Shown here: in pieces, positions 55,661 to 64,000 of the stretch | How the letters are laid out: each line of letters opens with the position of its first letter | How positions within the stretch are numbered: position 1 is the stretch's first letter | NCBI GenBank assembly: GCA_017514025.1 | Contig: JAFWLB010000002.1 | Span: 62,346 to 126,345 of the forward strand | Reading direction: 5' to 3' | DNA from: Candidatus Saccharimonadota bacterium | GTDB taxonomy: Bacteria > Patescibacteriota > Saccharimonadia > Saccharimonadales > Saccharimonadaceae | DNA: 64,000 nt | Made by a program: the position numbers and the translations under genes | The notes under the pieces: generated by a model | Told to the model about the DNA's origin: nothing | The model's input: only the letters and a program-made list of their open reading frames with translations | Database searches by the model: none

Positions 55661-57952
55661 CTAGATGCGGAGCTTGGGATTTTTGAGAATTATAGGGGTA
55701 AGTTTTTTCATGAGAAGACGAAGGCCGATGAACACAGCATAGGCGGCGGCGATGAGGATGGCGACGATGAGAAGTTTACTGGGGTCCAGGAGGGTGAAAT
55801 CGAGGAAGTTGCGAGTGAGAGGGATGAGGATGGCGAGAGTGACGATGGTGGCGGAAGTGATGAGGAGGGCTGTGCGGAGAAAATTAAGTGGCTTGGATAT
55901 GCTAAAAATGAGGAGGAAGTCAATAGCAAAAGTGACGATGGCAGAAGTAGTGATGAGCTCGGGGCGAGTGTAGCCGAGGTTGCCAGCGAGGATAGCCAGG
56001 GTAAGCATGGTGATGGCGACAGTGATGCCGGTGGGGACGGAAAATTGGAGGATGTTGGTCAAAAATTGGTTTTTGACGCGAGCGGTGTTTTTTTCTAGGG
56101 CGAGAATGACGCCGGGGAGACCGATGCAGGCAAAATTGAGAAGAGACATTTCAAGAGGGGCATAGGGGTATTCGACGGGAATGAGGATGAAGAGAACGGC
56201 TAGAATGGCGGCGTAAGTGTTTTTAGAGAGAAAGAGGGTGGCGGAACGCTCTAAGTTGTTGATGGATTGGCGGCCTTCGGCGATGATTCTGGGGACGCCG
56301 GAGAAGTCGGAGCTCAAAAGGACGAGTTTGGCTGATCTTCTGGCGGCATCGCTGCCTTCGCCGATGGCGATGGAGCAGTCGGCTTCTTTCATGGCGAGAA
56401 TATCATTGACACCATCGCCGGTCATAGCGACGGTGCGGCCCTGTTTTTTGAGAGCTTCGACGAGGTGCTTTTTCTCGGTGGGGGTAACGCGAGTGAAGAT
56501 AGAATACTCTTTGACTAGCTTGGCATAATCGTGAGATTTTTCGGAGGAGAGGTCGAAGCCGTTGAGGTCTTTGAGGCCGACGCGGGCGGCGATGGTTTTG
56601 ACGGTTTGAAGATCGTCGCCGGAGATGATTTTGACGTCGATGTCGTTATCATAGAAGTAATTGATGATTTCTTTGGCGTCACGACGGATTTCGTCTTTGA
56701 GACGGATGTAGCCGAGTAGATGGCCGTTTTTGGTGACAGCTAAAGTGCGGTAGCCGTCGGAGGCGGATTTGACCTGTTTGATGATGTTCTTGTCGTCGGT
56801 GACGAATTCAACGGCACCGAGAAGGTAGGTGGCAGATTTGGTTTTAATGCCGGAGTGTTTGCGCTCAGAAGAAAAATCGATGATTTCGAGAATTGGCTCT
56901 GTGAGCTCATTTTTGGCCTTTTTCAGGAACTTTTGCTTCAAAGCGGTTATGGTTGCGTTTTCGGAAGTTTGATGCGTTAAAATGGATGCTAGGGCCCTTT
57001 CAAAGGATTTTTCTGTGGGGGTATAATCGTGGACGGTCATTTGGCCGGTAGTAAGGGTGCCGGTTTTGTCTAGACAGATGGTGTCCACGCGGGCGAGGGT
57101 CTCGACGGAATAGAGGTCCTGGACGAGGACTTTTTTGTGGGAGAGGCGGATGGTGGCGAGGGCGAGAACGGAGCTAGTTAAGAGGACGAGGCCTTCAGGG
57201 ATCATGCTGATGAGGCCAGCCACGGTGCTGGTAACGGCGACTTCGGGGGTGGTGTCAGGAACGTTGAAACGGGCCCAAAGAAGGAGAGCGCCGATGGGGA
57301 TGAGGGCGAAAGAGACGTATTTGACGATGTTGTTCACGAGCCTGAAAAGTTTGGAGCCGGCGGTTTTAATGGTGTGTGCGGAGGATTCGATTTTGGCGAG
57401 TTGGCTGTGGCTGCCGACGGCGGTGACAGTGGCTTTGCAGGTGCCGGAAACGACGAAGCTGCCAGAGATGAGCTGGTCGCCTTTTTGTTTGGTGATGTTG
57501 TCTTGCTCGCCGGTGACGTAGGATTCGTTGACTTCTATCTGGCCTTCTTCTATTTTTGCATCCACAATGATTTGATCGCCGAGAGAGAGAATCATGAGGT
57601 CGCCATCCACAATCTGGTCTTGGAGGATTTGCCGGGTTTTGCCGTCCCTGATGACGGTGGGCTTTTGCTCGGCAACGAGGCGCATTTTGTCGATAGTCCT
57701 CTTGGCGCGGATGCCGTTGATAATAGAGATGCCGGTGTTGGCGATAGCAACAAGGATGAAAAGGAGATTCTTGTAGGCGCCAACAGAGATAATCATCAGG
57801 GCGAGGATGAGGTTGACGAGGTTGAAAATCGTCAGAGTGTTAGTGAGGATGATTTTGCCAATGGTGTTTTGGTTTTTGGCGGTGGTGCGGTTGACGCGAC
57901 CATCTGCTTGACGTTTTTTGACTTGTTCTTCGGTGAGGCCAGTTAAGTTCAT
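55661..57952 (-). CDS. P-type cation-transporting ATPase (CtpE-like)
   Basis: ES..TGE, IPEGL, DKTGTLT, FSSERK, SGDD, TGDGVND. Confidence 0.95.
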   Translation of the reverse strand: MNLTGLTEEQVKKRQADGRVNRTTAKNQNTIGKIILTNTLTIFNLVNLILALMIISVGAYKNLLFILVAIANTGISIINGIRAKRTIDKMRLVAEQKPTVIRDGKTRQILQDQIVDGDLMILSLGDQIIVDAKIEEGQIEVNESYVTGEQDNITKQKGDQLISGSFVVSGTCKATVTAVGSHSQLAKIESSAHTIKTAGSKLFRLVNNIVKYVSFALIPIGALLLWARFNVPDTTPEVAVTSTVAGLISMIPEGLVLLTSSVLALATIRLSHKKVLVQDLYSVETLARVDTICLDKTGTLTTGQMTVHDYTPTEKSFERALASILTHQTSENATITALKQKFLKKAKNELTEPILEIIDFSSERKHSGIKTKSATYLLGAVEFVTDDKNIIKQVKSASDGYRTLAVTKNGHLLGYIRLKDEIRRDAKEIINYFYDNDIDVKIISGDDLQTVKTIAARVGLKDLNGFDLSSEKSHDYAKLVKEYSIFTRVTPTEKKHLVEALKKQGRTVAMTGDGVNDILAMKEADCSIAIGEGSDAARRSAKLVLLSSDFSGVPRIIAEGRQSINNLERSATLFLSKNTYAAILAVLFILIPVEYPYAPLEMSLLNFACIGLPGVILALEKNTARVKNQFLTNILQFSVPTGITVAITMLTLAILAGNLGYTRPELITTSAIVTFAIDFLLIFSISKPLNFLRTALLITSATIVTLAILIPLTRNFLDFTLLDPSKLLIVAILIAAAYAVFIGLRLLMKKLTPIILKNPKLRI

Positions 57953-59019
57953 TTTTTGAGACCTTTCAATTTGTGAAGGAGAGAGTGGAGGGCGTAGAAA
58001 GTTTGGTTGACGGGGGCTTCGTGGGCGCCGATAAGCTCGGTGACGTGGCCGCGGTCGTCAGAGGCGAAACCTTTTTTAAAAGTGTAGAGGCCGTAATTTT
58101 TCTTGGATTCGTTCGGGAGGGCTTGGAGGCCGTAAAAATTGTAGCGTTTAAACTTATGCTCGGCGGCATATTTGATCATGTACCACTGGATGAGGTATTG
58201 AGCGTTGTATTCTTTCATGTATTTTTCGTCACTACCGGAAAATAGGTAGGTGACTTCGTCGCCGTAGAGCATGAACATAGCAGCAGAGATAGGCGTGCCT
58301 TCAATCTCGGCGACGAGGAATTTGACTTCCCTTTTATGTGCAAAGAGGTCGTACATTTGCTGGTAGTAGCTGAGGGGTTTGTCCTGGAAGTGACGGCGGT
58401 CTGAGGTGGACTCGGTGATTTGTTTGAAAATGCCTAATTCTTCCTTGCTTAGCTCGCGAACAGTGACGCCCTTTTTCTCGGCGCGGTGGATGAGGTTGCG
58501 GGTGTTTTGTTTAAATTGTTTGAAAAGCTCATCGGGGGTGCGTTGGTCTAAGTCTAAAACAAAAGCATATTGAGGCTCATCAGAGGTTTCGCAAGGAGTG
58601 AAGCCGGTGTTTTTGAGGTTTTTTAGTGCCTGACGGCGATCGAAGCCGTTTTTGACTATTTCCCCGCTACGGTCACGCTGGATGAGTTCGTAGTAGGGTT
58701 CGATATGGAGGACGTAGCCGTTGTGGGTTTTGGCATAACGGCGGAGGTGCTTGAAAAAGAAATCGGTAAGGGCAGCGTCTTCGAAATCTAATAGGGGGCC
58801 GCCGGGACAGTAAAAGGTGGATTTGCCTAGGAAAGTGGGTCTAGCTACCACCATGGTGGCAGCTCTCAAAGTTTGGCCGTTTTTGACACCGAAATAGTAG
58901 GCTGTCCAGCCGTTTTGCTCGCGGAGCTGAGCGATTTCGGGGGTCTGATAGAAGGATTTGTAGGGGCTTTTGGCGGCGAATTTTTGGAAATCTGCTGAGG
59001 TGAGTTCGATAAATTGCAT
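57949..59019 (-). CDS. FemAB/FemX-family peptidoglycan bridge aminoacyltransferase
   Basis: SFYQT, GPLLD, FKQNTRNLIHRAEKKGV, YLFSGS, YNFYG, FKKGF. Confidence 0.88.
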   Translation of the reverse strand: MQFIELTSADFQKFAAKSPYKSFYQTPEIAQLREQNGWTAYYFGVKNGQTLRAATMVVARPTFLGKSTFYCPGGPLLDFEDAALTDFFFKHLRRYAKTHNGYVLHIEPYYELIQRDRSGEIVKNGFDRRQALKNLKNTGFTPCETSDEPQYAFVLDLDQRTPDELFKQFKQNTRNLIHRAEKKGVTVRELSKEELGIFKQITESTSDRRHFQDKPLSYYQQMYDLFAHKREVKFLVAEIEGTPISAAMFMLYGDEVTYLFSGSDEKYMKEYNAQYLIQWYMIKYAAEHKFKRYNFYGLQALPNESKKNYGLYTFKKGFASDDRGHVTELIGAHEAPVNQTFYALHSLLHKLKGLKK

Positions 59020-59020
59020 G

Positions 59021-60007
59021 TTATCTCCTGATTAACCTGTTTAGCTTGCGGAGGATTTTGTAGTGGCGGTATCTGGAAGGGTTGAGGACGAGGTCGTAAG
59101 TGCCAGAGTAGACTACTTCCCTGCCGGCGAAGGTTTTCTTGAAATTGGTAAAACCAGCCCAGGGGTGGTTATCTGGGGCGCCCTCGGGAGCGATGCCCCA
59201 GAAATCGAAAGTTTGCTTCCCCGCTGCGGCAGCATCTTTGATGAGTTGGATAGTAAGGATGCCGGTAGCGTGAAGCTTGCGGCCTTGTTCGTTTTGGGCA
59301 CCCTGGAGGTTGTAGCGAGTAGTGCGGTCGTCGAAAACGAGGCCAGCAGCGATGACAGTCTCGACGGGTCCTGTCGCCGCCTCCTCCCCCGTGAAGACGT
59401 CACGGGGGGCCCCCTCCGGCGGCACCACCCGTCGATGTGGATCTTCATGCTTGACTAGATACAACGTAGCGAAAGGCTGCGCTAGCTCGGTTTTTAAGTA
59501 ATCTTCGGAGAAGGTGCTGATGCCCTTTTCTTTGGCGAGTTGTTTTTGGAGGTCTAGGAGATAATGAATATCGGCGGGGTTTTGGCTAGTCTCGATGGTG
59601 ATTCCCTTTTTGGCGGCGGCTTTGTAATAACGGAGGAGGCGGGAGGGAAGTTTGGCGTCTAGGTCGTCCTGATTAAGGTCTAAGACCCAAGTCTCGGCGG
59701 GATTTAGATCGGTGGATTTTTGGGCGATGGTAGGGAGGTGGTCAACGAAAACTTTTGACTGGGGTTCGACGCGGATAAAGAAGGCCGATTCGCGTTTGGC
59801 TAGATTTTGCAAGCTTTTAAGAGAGTTTTCAAGACCTTGCTTAGTAGTGAAAACTGGGCCGTAGGGGAGATAGAGATACTTCCCTGCTGGGGTGCTTTTA
59901 AGAATAGCGAGATACTGGTAGCCGTTTCCCTGCTCAAAAAAGCTGATCTCGCCAAGATCGTCTTGGAGCTTTTTCCACTCTAAACTCTGTGTAATTGGAG
60001 CTTTCAT
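59021..60007 (-). CDS. Second FemAB/FemX-family protein carrying an in-frame palindromic insert
   Basis: TQSLEW, YLPYGP, IRVEP, FDFWGIAP, GFTNFKKTFAG. Confidence 0.85.
   Translation of the reverse strand: MKAPITQSLEWKKLQDDLGEISFFEQGNGYQYLAILKSTPAGKYLYLPYGPVFTTKQGLENSLKSLQNLAKRESAFFIRVEPQSKVFVDHLPTIAQKSTDLNPAETWVLDLNQDDLDAKLPSRLLRYYKAAAKKGITIETSQNPADIHYLLDLQKQLAKEKGISTFSEDYLKTELAQPFATLYLVKHEDPHRRVVPPEGAPRDVFTGEEAATGPVETVIAAGLVFDDRTTRYNLQGAQNEQGRKLHATGILTIQLIKDAAAAGKQTFDFWGIAPEGAPDNHPWAGFTNFKKTFAGREVVYSGTYDLVLNPSRYRHYKILRKLNRLIRR
59361..59435. repeat. 75-bp hairpin element inside the Fem gene
   Basis: Nested arms TCGACGGGT/ACCCGTCGA, TGTCGCCG/CGGCGGCA, CCCCCGTGA/TCACGGGGG. Confidence 0.8.
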
Positions 60008-60319
60008 TGCTTTCTATTATACCATATTGCCATGTGGATTTTTTTGACTGCTTAAGCTTTTCATTTTATGCTTATGCAAAATCTCCGGCTCTTGATTTGG
60101 TCGGTTGCTAAAAATCAATAATGAACGATTTTCTCCCAACTGGCACAAATGACGGATGCTAGTTGTTGGTTTTATTTTAGCGCGAGCGTTTTGGTTTGTC
60201 AAGCTCGGATGCCAGGCGGGTTGGTTGCTAGCCATACGAGGGAAGAGCCGAAAATTGCTCGCGGTTTTTGTGGAAAAGCTTGTGGTTAATTTGCGAAAAA
60301 CCTGTGGTAAAATTGGGGT

Positions 60320-60526
60320 ATGGCTTTTATACGGAAATTCAAGACGACCTCAGGGGCGACTGGGGTACAGGTGGTTTATAAGGAGGGGGAGCGAGTGGTG
60401 AAAACGGTGCATGTGGGATCGGCGGGGAACGAGAAACAGCTTTTGAAACTGGTGCGAAAGGCGCAGGGAATTATTGACGGAGATAAAACGCCACTGTTTA
60501 ATCTGGATAAATTCAATAAAAAATAG
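60320..60526 (+). CDS. 68-aa protein resembling the N-terminus of IS1634-family transposases
   Basis: MAFIRKFKTTSGATGVQVV...HVGSA matches my recollection of IS1634 N-termini (M.FIRKVKT.SGATAVQI...HIGSA); no DDE domain follows. Confidence 0.6.
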   Translation: MAFIRKFKTTSGATGVQVVYKEGERVVKTVHVGSAGNEKQLLKLVRKAQGIIDGDKTPLFNLDKFNKK

Positions 60527-60605
60527 CCCTTTAAAAGGGCAGGGAAGGAAAAGCCCGCGCTTTAGAGGCGCGGGCGCGGACTTTAAAGTTTACCTTTGGC
60601 TAGGG

Positions 60606-61832
60606 CTACTCTTCGGGCTCCTCAGAATCTTCGGAGTCGCGCCAACGGGCAATCCAATCCTTGGTGAGATTCAAATAGGACGAGGGATTCGGGTCCTGTT
60701 TTTCATACTCATCGAGGGGGAGTGGCACGCGGGCGTTGGACCTAGACAGGGGCCGAAGATCTTGCAGGAGCGCACCCTGACGGAAACGCATCTTGGTCTG
60801 GGCGTCCAGATCGACAAGCTTGTGATCCGGAAGCTGCTCCTCGGTAGGGTTGGTGAGGCCAAGCTCTTGCCCCTGGTAAAGGCAGATGGCTTCAGCGCCA
60901 GAATTGAACATACACCAAATCCCATCTGCGGGATCAATACCCCTGGACGGAAGGCGCGGGGAATCGTGAGACTCCAGGTCTAACATGAAATGCGGCTCCG
61001 CAGCGGCCTCTTTGACGAGATCGAAGAAATCGACTTCGTCGGCGTAACCGGCTTTGTCCTTAAGGGAAACGTCGAGGACAAAATCGACTGGGGTATTTCT
61101 GGTGTAGTAGTCGACTAGCCCGTCTGCCGGAGAGCTACATACGCACTCCATCATCAGGAACAAGTCTTTGCTACCACCACCGAAAACCGCGTTCAGAACT
61201 TTGGCGGCCTTGTCGCCGTAGAGCAAGTTTTTGATCTCCAACGTGTCGCGGGCGAAGTCCTTGTTGATGCTCTGGGGGATATCGAGACGGAAACCGTCAA
61301 CGAGGTGGTCAAGAGTCCAGAAATCGATGATTTCGCGGAAACGTTTGACCAGCTCTTGATTGATGTCGCCGTCGGACCCTTCAGGGAACCAGTTGAGGTC
61401 GGCCTGCTCCTCGTGGAAGAGGTGCAGGTAGTACTCGCCGTCTTGCTCGTAATACTGCCAGGCCGAATCACCATTGAAGAGGTTGCGCCAGCCGGGACGA
61501 TCCGTCTTGCTCCAGCAATAATACTCGGGGTGGTAGTTGAACCATTCGTGTTTGGTGGAGGTGTGGTTAAGCACCAAATCCATCAAAACGCCCATCCCGA
61601 GGTTGTGCGCGGTTTCTACGAAACAGTCGAAATCGTGCATGGAACCAAAACGGGGGTCGATATCCTGATAATCCGAGATATCGTAGCCGTGGTCGTACCC
61701 TGGGGAAGGATACAAGGGGCTAAGCCAGACGTAATCGACGTCGAGCTCGGCGATTTGGTAGAGAAAGTCTTCCATCTCAGCCAGCCCTTGCCAGCTCCTC
61801 GGGTACAACTGATAAACTAAAGTCTTTGCCAT
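60606..61832 (-). CDS. GH13 alpha-glucosidase/amylase-like glycosidase
   Basis: YQLYPRS, VWLSPLY, GYDISDY, DLVLNH, DGFRLD, MMEC, ESHD, YQGQELG. Confidence 0.9.
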   Translation of the reverse strand: MAKTLVYQLYPRSWQGLAEMEDFLYQIAELDVDYVWLSPLYPSPGYDHGYDISDYQDIDPRFGSMHDFDCFVETAHNLGMGVLMDLVLNHTSTKHEWFNYHPEYYCWSKTDRPGWRNLFNGDSAWQYYEQDGEYYLHLFHEEQADLNWFPEGSDGDINQELVKRFREIIDFWTLDHLVDGFRLDIPQSINKDFARDTLEIKNLLYGDKAAKVLNAVFGGGSKDLFLMMECVCSSPADGLVDYYTRNTPVDFVLDVSLKDKAGYADEVDFFDLVKEAAAEPHFMLDLESHDSPRLPSRGIDPADGIWCMFNSGAEAICLYQGQELGLTNPTEEQLPDHKLVDLDAQTKMRFRQGALLQDLRPLSRSNARVPLPLDEYEKQDPNPSSYLNLTKDWIARWRDSEDSEEPEE

Positions 61833-61959
61833 GTGAGATCACCTCTTTCTTCGATAAATGGCAAATTTTGATTAAAGATCTAGGTTTTTCCATTATAGCA
61901 TAATTGGGATGAAAAGTCAATGTCTCAAGGGAAAACCCCGGCGCTGGGCCGGGGTAGGG

Positions 61960-62532
61960 CTAAGAAAGCGGAGCATCTTCAATGACAACGAGACTGGGGC
62001 CGTTTTCCTCTGGAGAGGTCGCGGCAATCAGAACGTCAAGACGTTTGCGGGCATTTTTGACACGTTTTTTAGCGATATCTTCTTGCTCAAAAAGCGCTTC
62101 GAGGGCTTTTTTGTCTTGCTCGAGCGCGTGAGGAACTCTGGCATGATTGATGACGTCCTTCTGGGTTTTGACAATTTCGTGCCGAATCCGGTCGAGCATG
62201 GTTTCAGAGTAGGAAACATAGTCTTCGGCTTTTTTGAGAGCCAGAGCGTAGCTACGCTTTTCGGCCTCTTCTGCCAAAAGAGAGGTATCGATTTTATCTT
62301 CCTTTCCAAGCTCTTCGATCCATCTGGCGACACGGTCTTGTTCGGCAGTCATTTTAGCGATTTTCTTCCTTTCACGTTTGAAAGCTTCGTCGCTCATATG
62401 ACTGATAGCCTGCCCGATTACCTCTTGATAGTTTTTGTCCCGGTGATTGAAGGAGGCGCTAATCTTCGCCAGCAAGATGATGATGACGATTAGTGCAACA
62501 ATAATTACCCCTGCAATGATCTGTTCCCACAT
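61960..62532 (-). CDS. Hypothetical TM-anchored coiled-coil protein
   Basis: N-terminal TM, long heptad-like helix; GAAAGGA SD. Confidence 0.7.
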   Translation of the reverse strand: MWEQIIAGVIIVALIVIIILLAKISASFNHRDKNYQEVIGQAISHMSDEAFKRERKKIAKMTAEQDRVARWIEELGKEDKIDTSLLAEEAEKRSYALALKKAEDYVSYSETMLDRIRHEIVKTQKDVINHARVPHALEQDKKALEALFEQEDIAKKRVKNARKRLDVLIAATSPEENGPSLVVIEDAPLS

Positions 62533-62614
62533 GACAAATCCTTTCTCTAGAGCCCAAAATTTAAGGTACTCTTATAGTATAGCATGGATATGTGCTTATG
62601 TCAAATAACGGAGG

Positions 62615-64000
62615 TTAAATGATGTCTAGCTCTGTCTTGAGACGAGAGATGAGAGCTTCTTTTTCTTTGATTTGATCTCTGGTTTCTTTAACGAGGTGGG
62701 CGGGGGCTTTGTCGACATAATTGGGGTTCATCATGCGGGCATTGAGGGCGTCCAACTCACGGCCAACAGAGAGGATTTTGGCAGTAAGGTCGTCGCGATA
62801 GGCTTTGACAACTTGCTCGGGGACGTCGAGATAGAGTTCGTGATCTGCGAGAGCGAGACGGAGACCTCGGGGGGCGCCGTTTAGAGGGTTAATGGTAGGA
62901 ACCTTGGTGAGTTGTTTGATTAAGAACTCGTTTTCTTGGACGAGGCTGTCATTATCATACATGAGGGCATATTTTTTGGCGTTATTGGTGCCTGGCAGGG
63001 CCGCTAAGGTGCTTCTAACTTCAACTACGATAGTTCTTATGTTTTCAAATTCTTCGGCCGAAATCGGGTCGTATTTAAGTCTTGCAGGCCATTTAGCGGT
63101 AGCAATAAAGCCGTCTGTCCAGGAAAGGTTTTGCCAGATGGCTTCGGTGACGAAGGGAGCGAAGGGATGAAGGGCAATCAATAGGGCCTCAAGGGTGCAC
63201 TTTAAGAGTTCTTGGTTTTGGAAGATTTTTTGAGACTCGAGGAACCAGTCGGCGTATTTGTCCCAGATGGTCTGATATAAGGTCTCGACGGCCTCGGCGA
63301 AACGATAGTGCTTCATGTCGCTTTCGAGCTTTTTTAGGCAATCGTTGATCTCGCGGCAGATCCAGTCTTCGCCCATGTTGTTGGTGGTATAGGAATCGGA
63401 AGCAGTATTTCTCAACGTCCTCGGCTCGCAGTCGTCAAAATCACAACGGTCAGTCCTGCGCCTCGCGGACGACGTAACTTCCGACTCGGCTCGGTGACCG
63501 TTGTCATTTTGACTGCTGGCGCCTGCGGAATGCTTCGAAATACTGTCTTCTGATTCCTCACTGCTAGCATCTACGATAGTTTGGACGAGGCGGGAGACGT
63601 TCCAGAGTTTGTTGCAGAGGTTGCGACCGGCGATGACGCTGTTTTCGCTGAAGGCCTGGTTCATGCCAGCGGAGCGGCCCCTTAAAATCCCGAGGCGGAA
63701 AGCGTCGGAGCCATATTTGGCGACTAAATCCATAGGATTGATAACGTTGCCCTTGGACTTGGACATTTTGGCGCCGTGGGCGTCAAGAACGAGGCCATGG
63801 AGGTAGACTTCCTTAAACGGGACTTCGCCGGTGACATAGAGGCCCATCATAATCATGCGAGCGACCCAAGCAAAAAGGATGTCAGCGCCAGTTTCCATGA
63901 CGTCCAAAGGATAATACGGATTGTAGTTTTCTTCGGTCCAGTCGGTACAGACGATAGGCCAGTGGCTAGATGAGAACCAAGTGTCGAAGGTATCTTCGTC
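62615..64000 (-). CDS. valS: Valine--tRNA ligase, C-terminal part (5' end beyond the window)
   Basis: Open to the window edge: DEDTFDTWFSS, ETGADI..WVARM, KMSKSKGN, NKLWN, LHPFAPFVTE, C-terminal coiled coil. Confidence 0.97.
   Translation of the reverse strand, partial: DEDTFDTWFSSSHWPIVCTDWTEENYNPYYPLDVMETGADILFAWVARMIMMGLYVTGEVPFKEVYLHGLVLDAHGAKMSKSKGNVINPMDLVAKYGSDAFRLGILRGRSAGMNQAFSENSVIAGRNLCNKLWNVSRLVQTIVDASSEESEDSISKHSAGASSQNDNGHRAESEVTSSARRRTDRCDFDDCEPRTLRNTASDSYTTNNMGEDWICREINDCLKKLESDMKHYRFAEAVETLYQTIWDKYADWFLESQKIFQNQELLKCTLEALLIALHPFAPFVTEAIWQNLSWTDGFIATAKWPARLKYDPISAEEFENIRTIVVEVRSTLAALPGTNNAKKYALMYDNDSLVQENEFLIKQLTKVPTINPLNGAPRGLRLALADHELYLDVPEQVVKAYRDDLTAKILSVGRELDALNARMMNPNYVDKAPAHLVKETRDQIKEKEALISRLKTELDII
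63392..63557. repeat. 166-bp long hairpin element inside valS
   Basis: Outer arms GGAATCGGAAG-CAGTATTTC / GAAATACTG-T-CTTCTGATTCC; inner arms GCAGTC(GTC)AAAATCACAACGGTCA / TGACCGTTGTCATTTTGACTGC. Confidence 0.85.

Noticed and set aside
1-64000. Alternative genetic code (UGA recoding), rRNA, tmRNA, RNase P RNA
   Set aside because: Conserved genes translate full-length under code 11; no signature sequences of these RNAs were found.

Overview
A compact, low-intergenic bacterial chromosome segment with about 65 CDS (about 47 on the minus strand) and 4 tRNAs (Met/Ile-CAT, Gly-CCC, Arg-CCT, Gln-TTG). Gene content and style suggest a Patescibacteria/Saccharibacteria (TM7)-type epibiont; this is an inference, not a database result. 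Housekeeping genes include ruvB, xth, smpB, dnaE, galU, dnaG, mscL, orn, argS, efp, rpsF-ssb-rpsR, ftsK, rlmH, tsaD and a partial valS. There is a complete secretin-less type IV pilus locus (pilM/N/O-like, pilB, pilT, pilC, pilD, three major-type pilins, one large adhesin-pilin) beside a Xer-type tyrosine recombinase, plus a polar amino-acid ABC transporter and several cell-wall-active proteins. Top leads: (1) two inverted 28-bp dif-like (11-6-11, identical spacer) sites flanking the promoter region between two divergent pilin genes, a candidate invertible pilin switch; (2) a VirB2/TrbC-type pilin fused to an NlpC/CHAP-like hydrolase; (3) a 1086-aa protein with five putative peptidoglycan-attacking domains including an SGNH esterase; (4) long DNA hairpins inserted in frame in valS and a Fem-family gene; (5) tRNA 3'-end tandem repeats; (6) a promoter- and terminator-bounded small RNA antisense to a micro-ORF; (7) a foreign-looking SLH protein; (8) pervasive leaderless promoter architecture. 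No rRNA, CRISPR array or intact IS element was seen.
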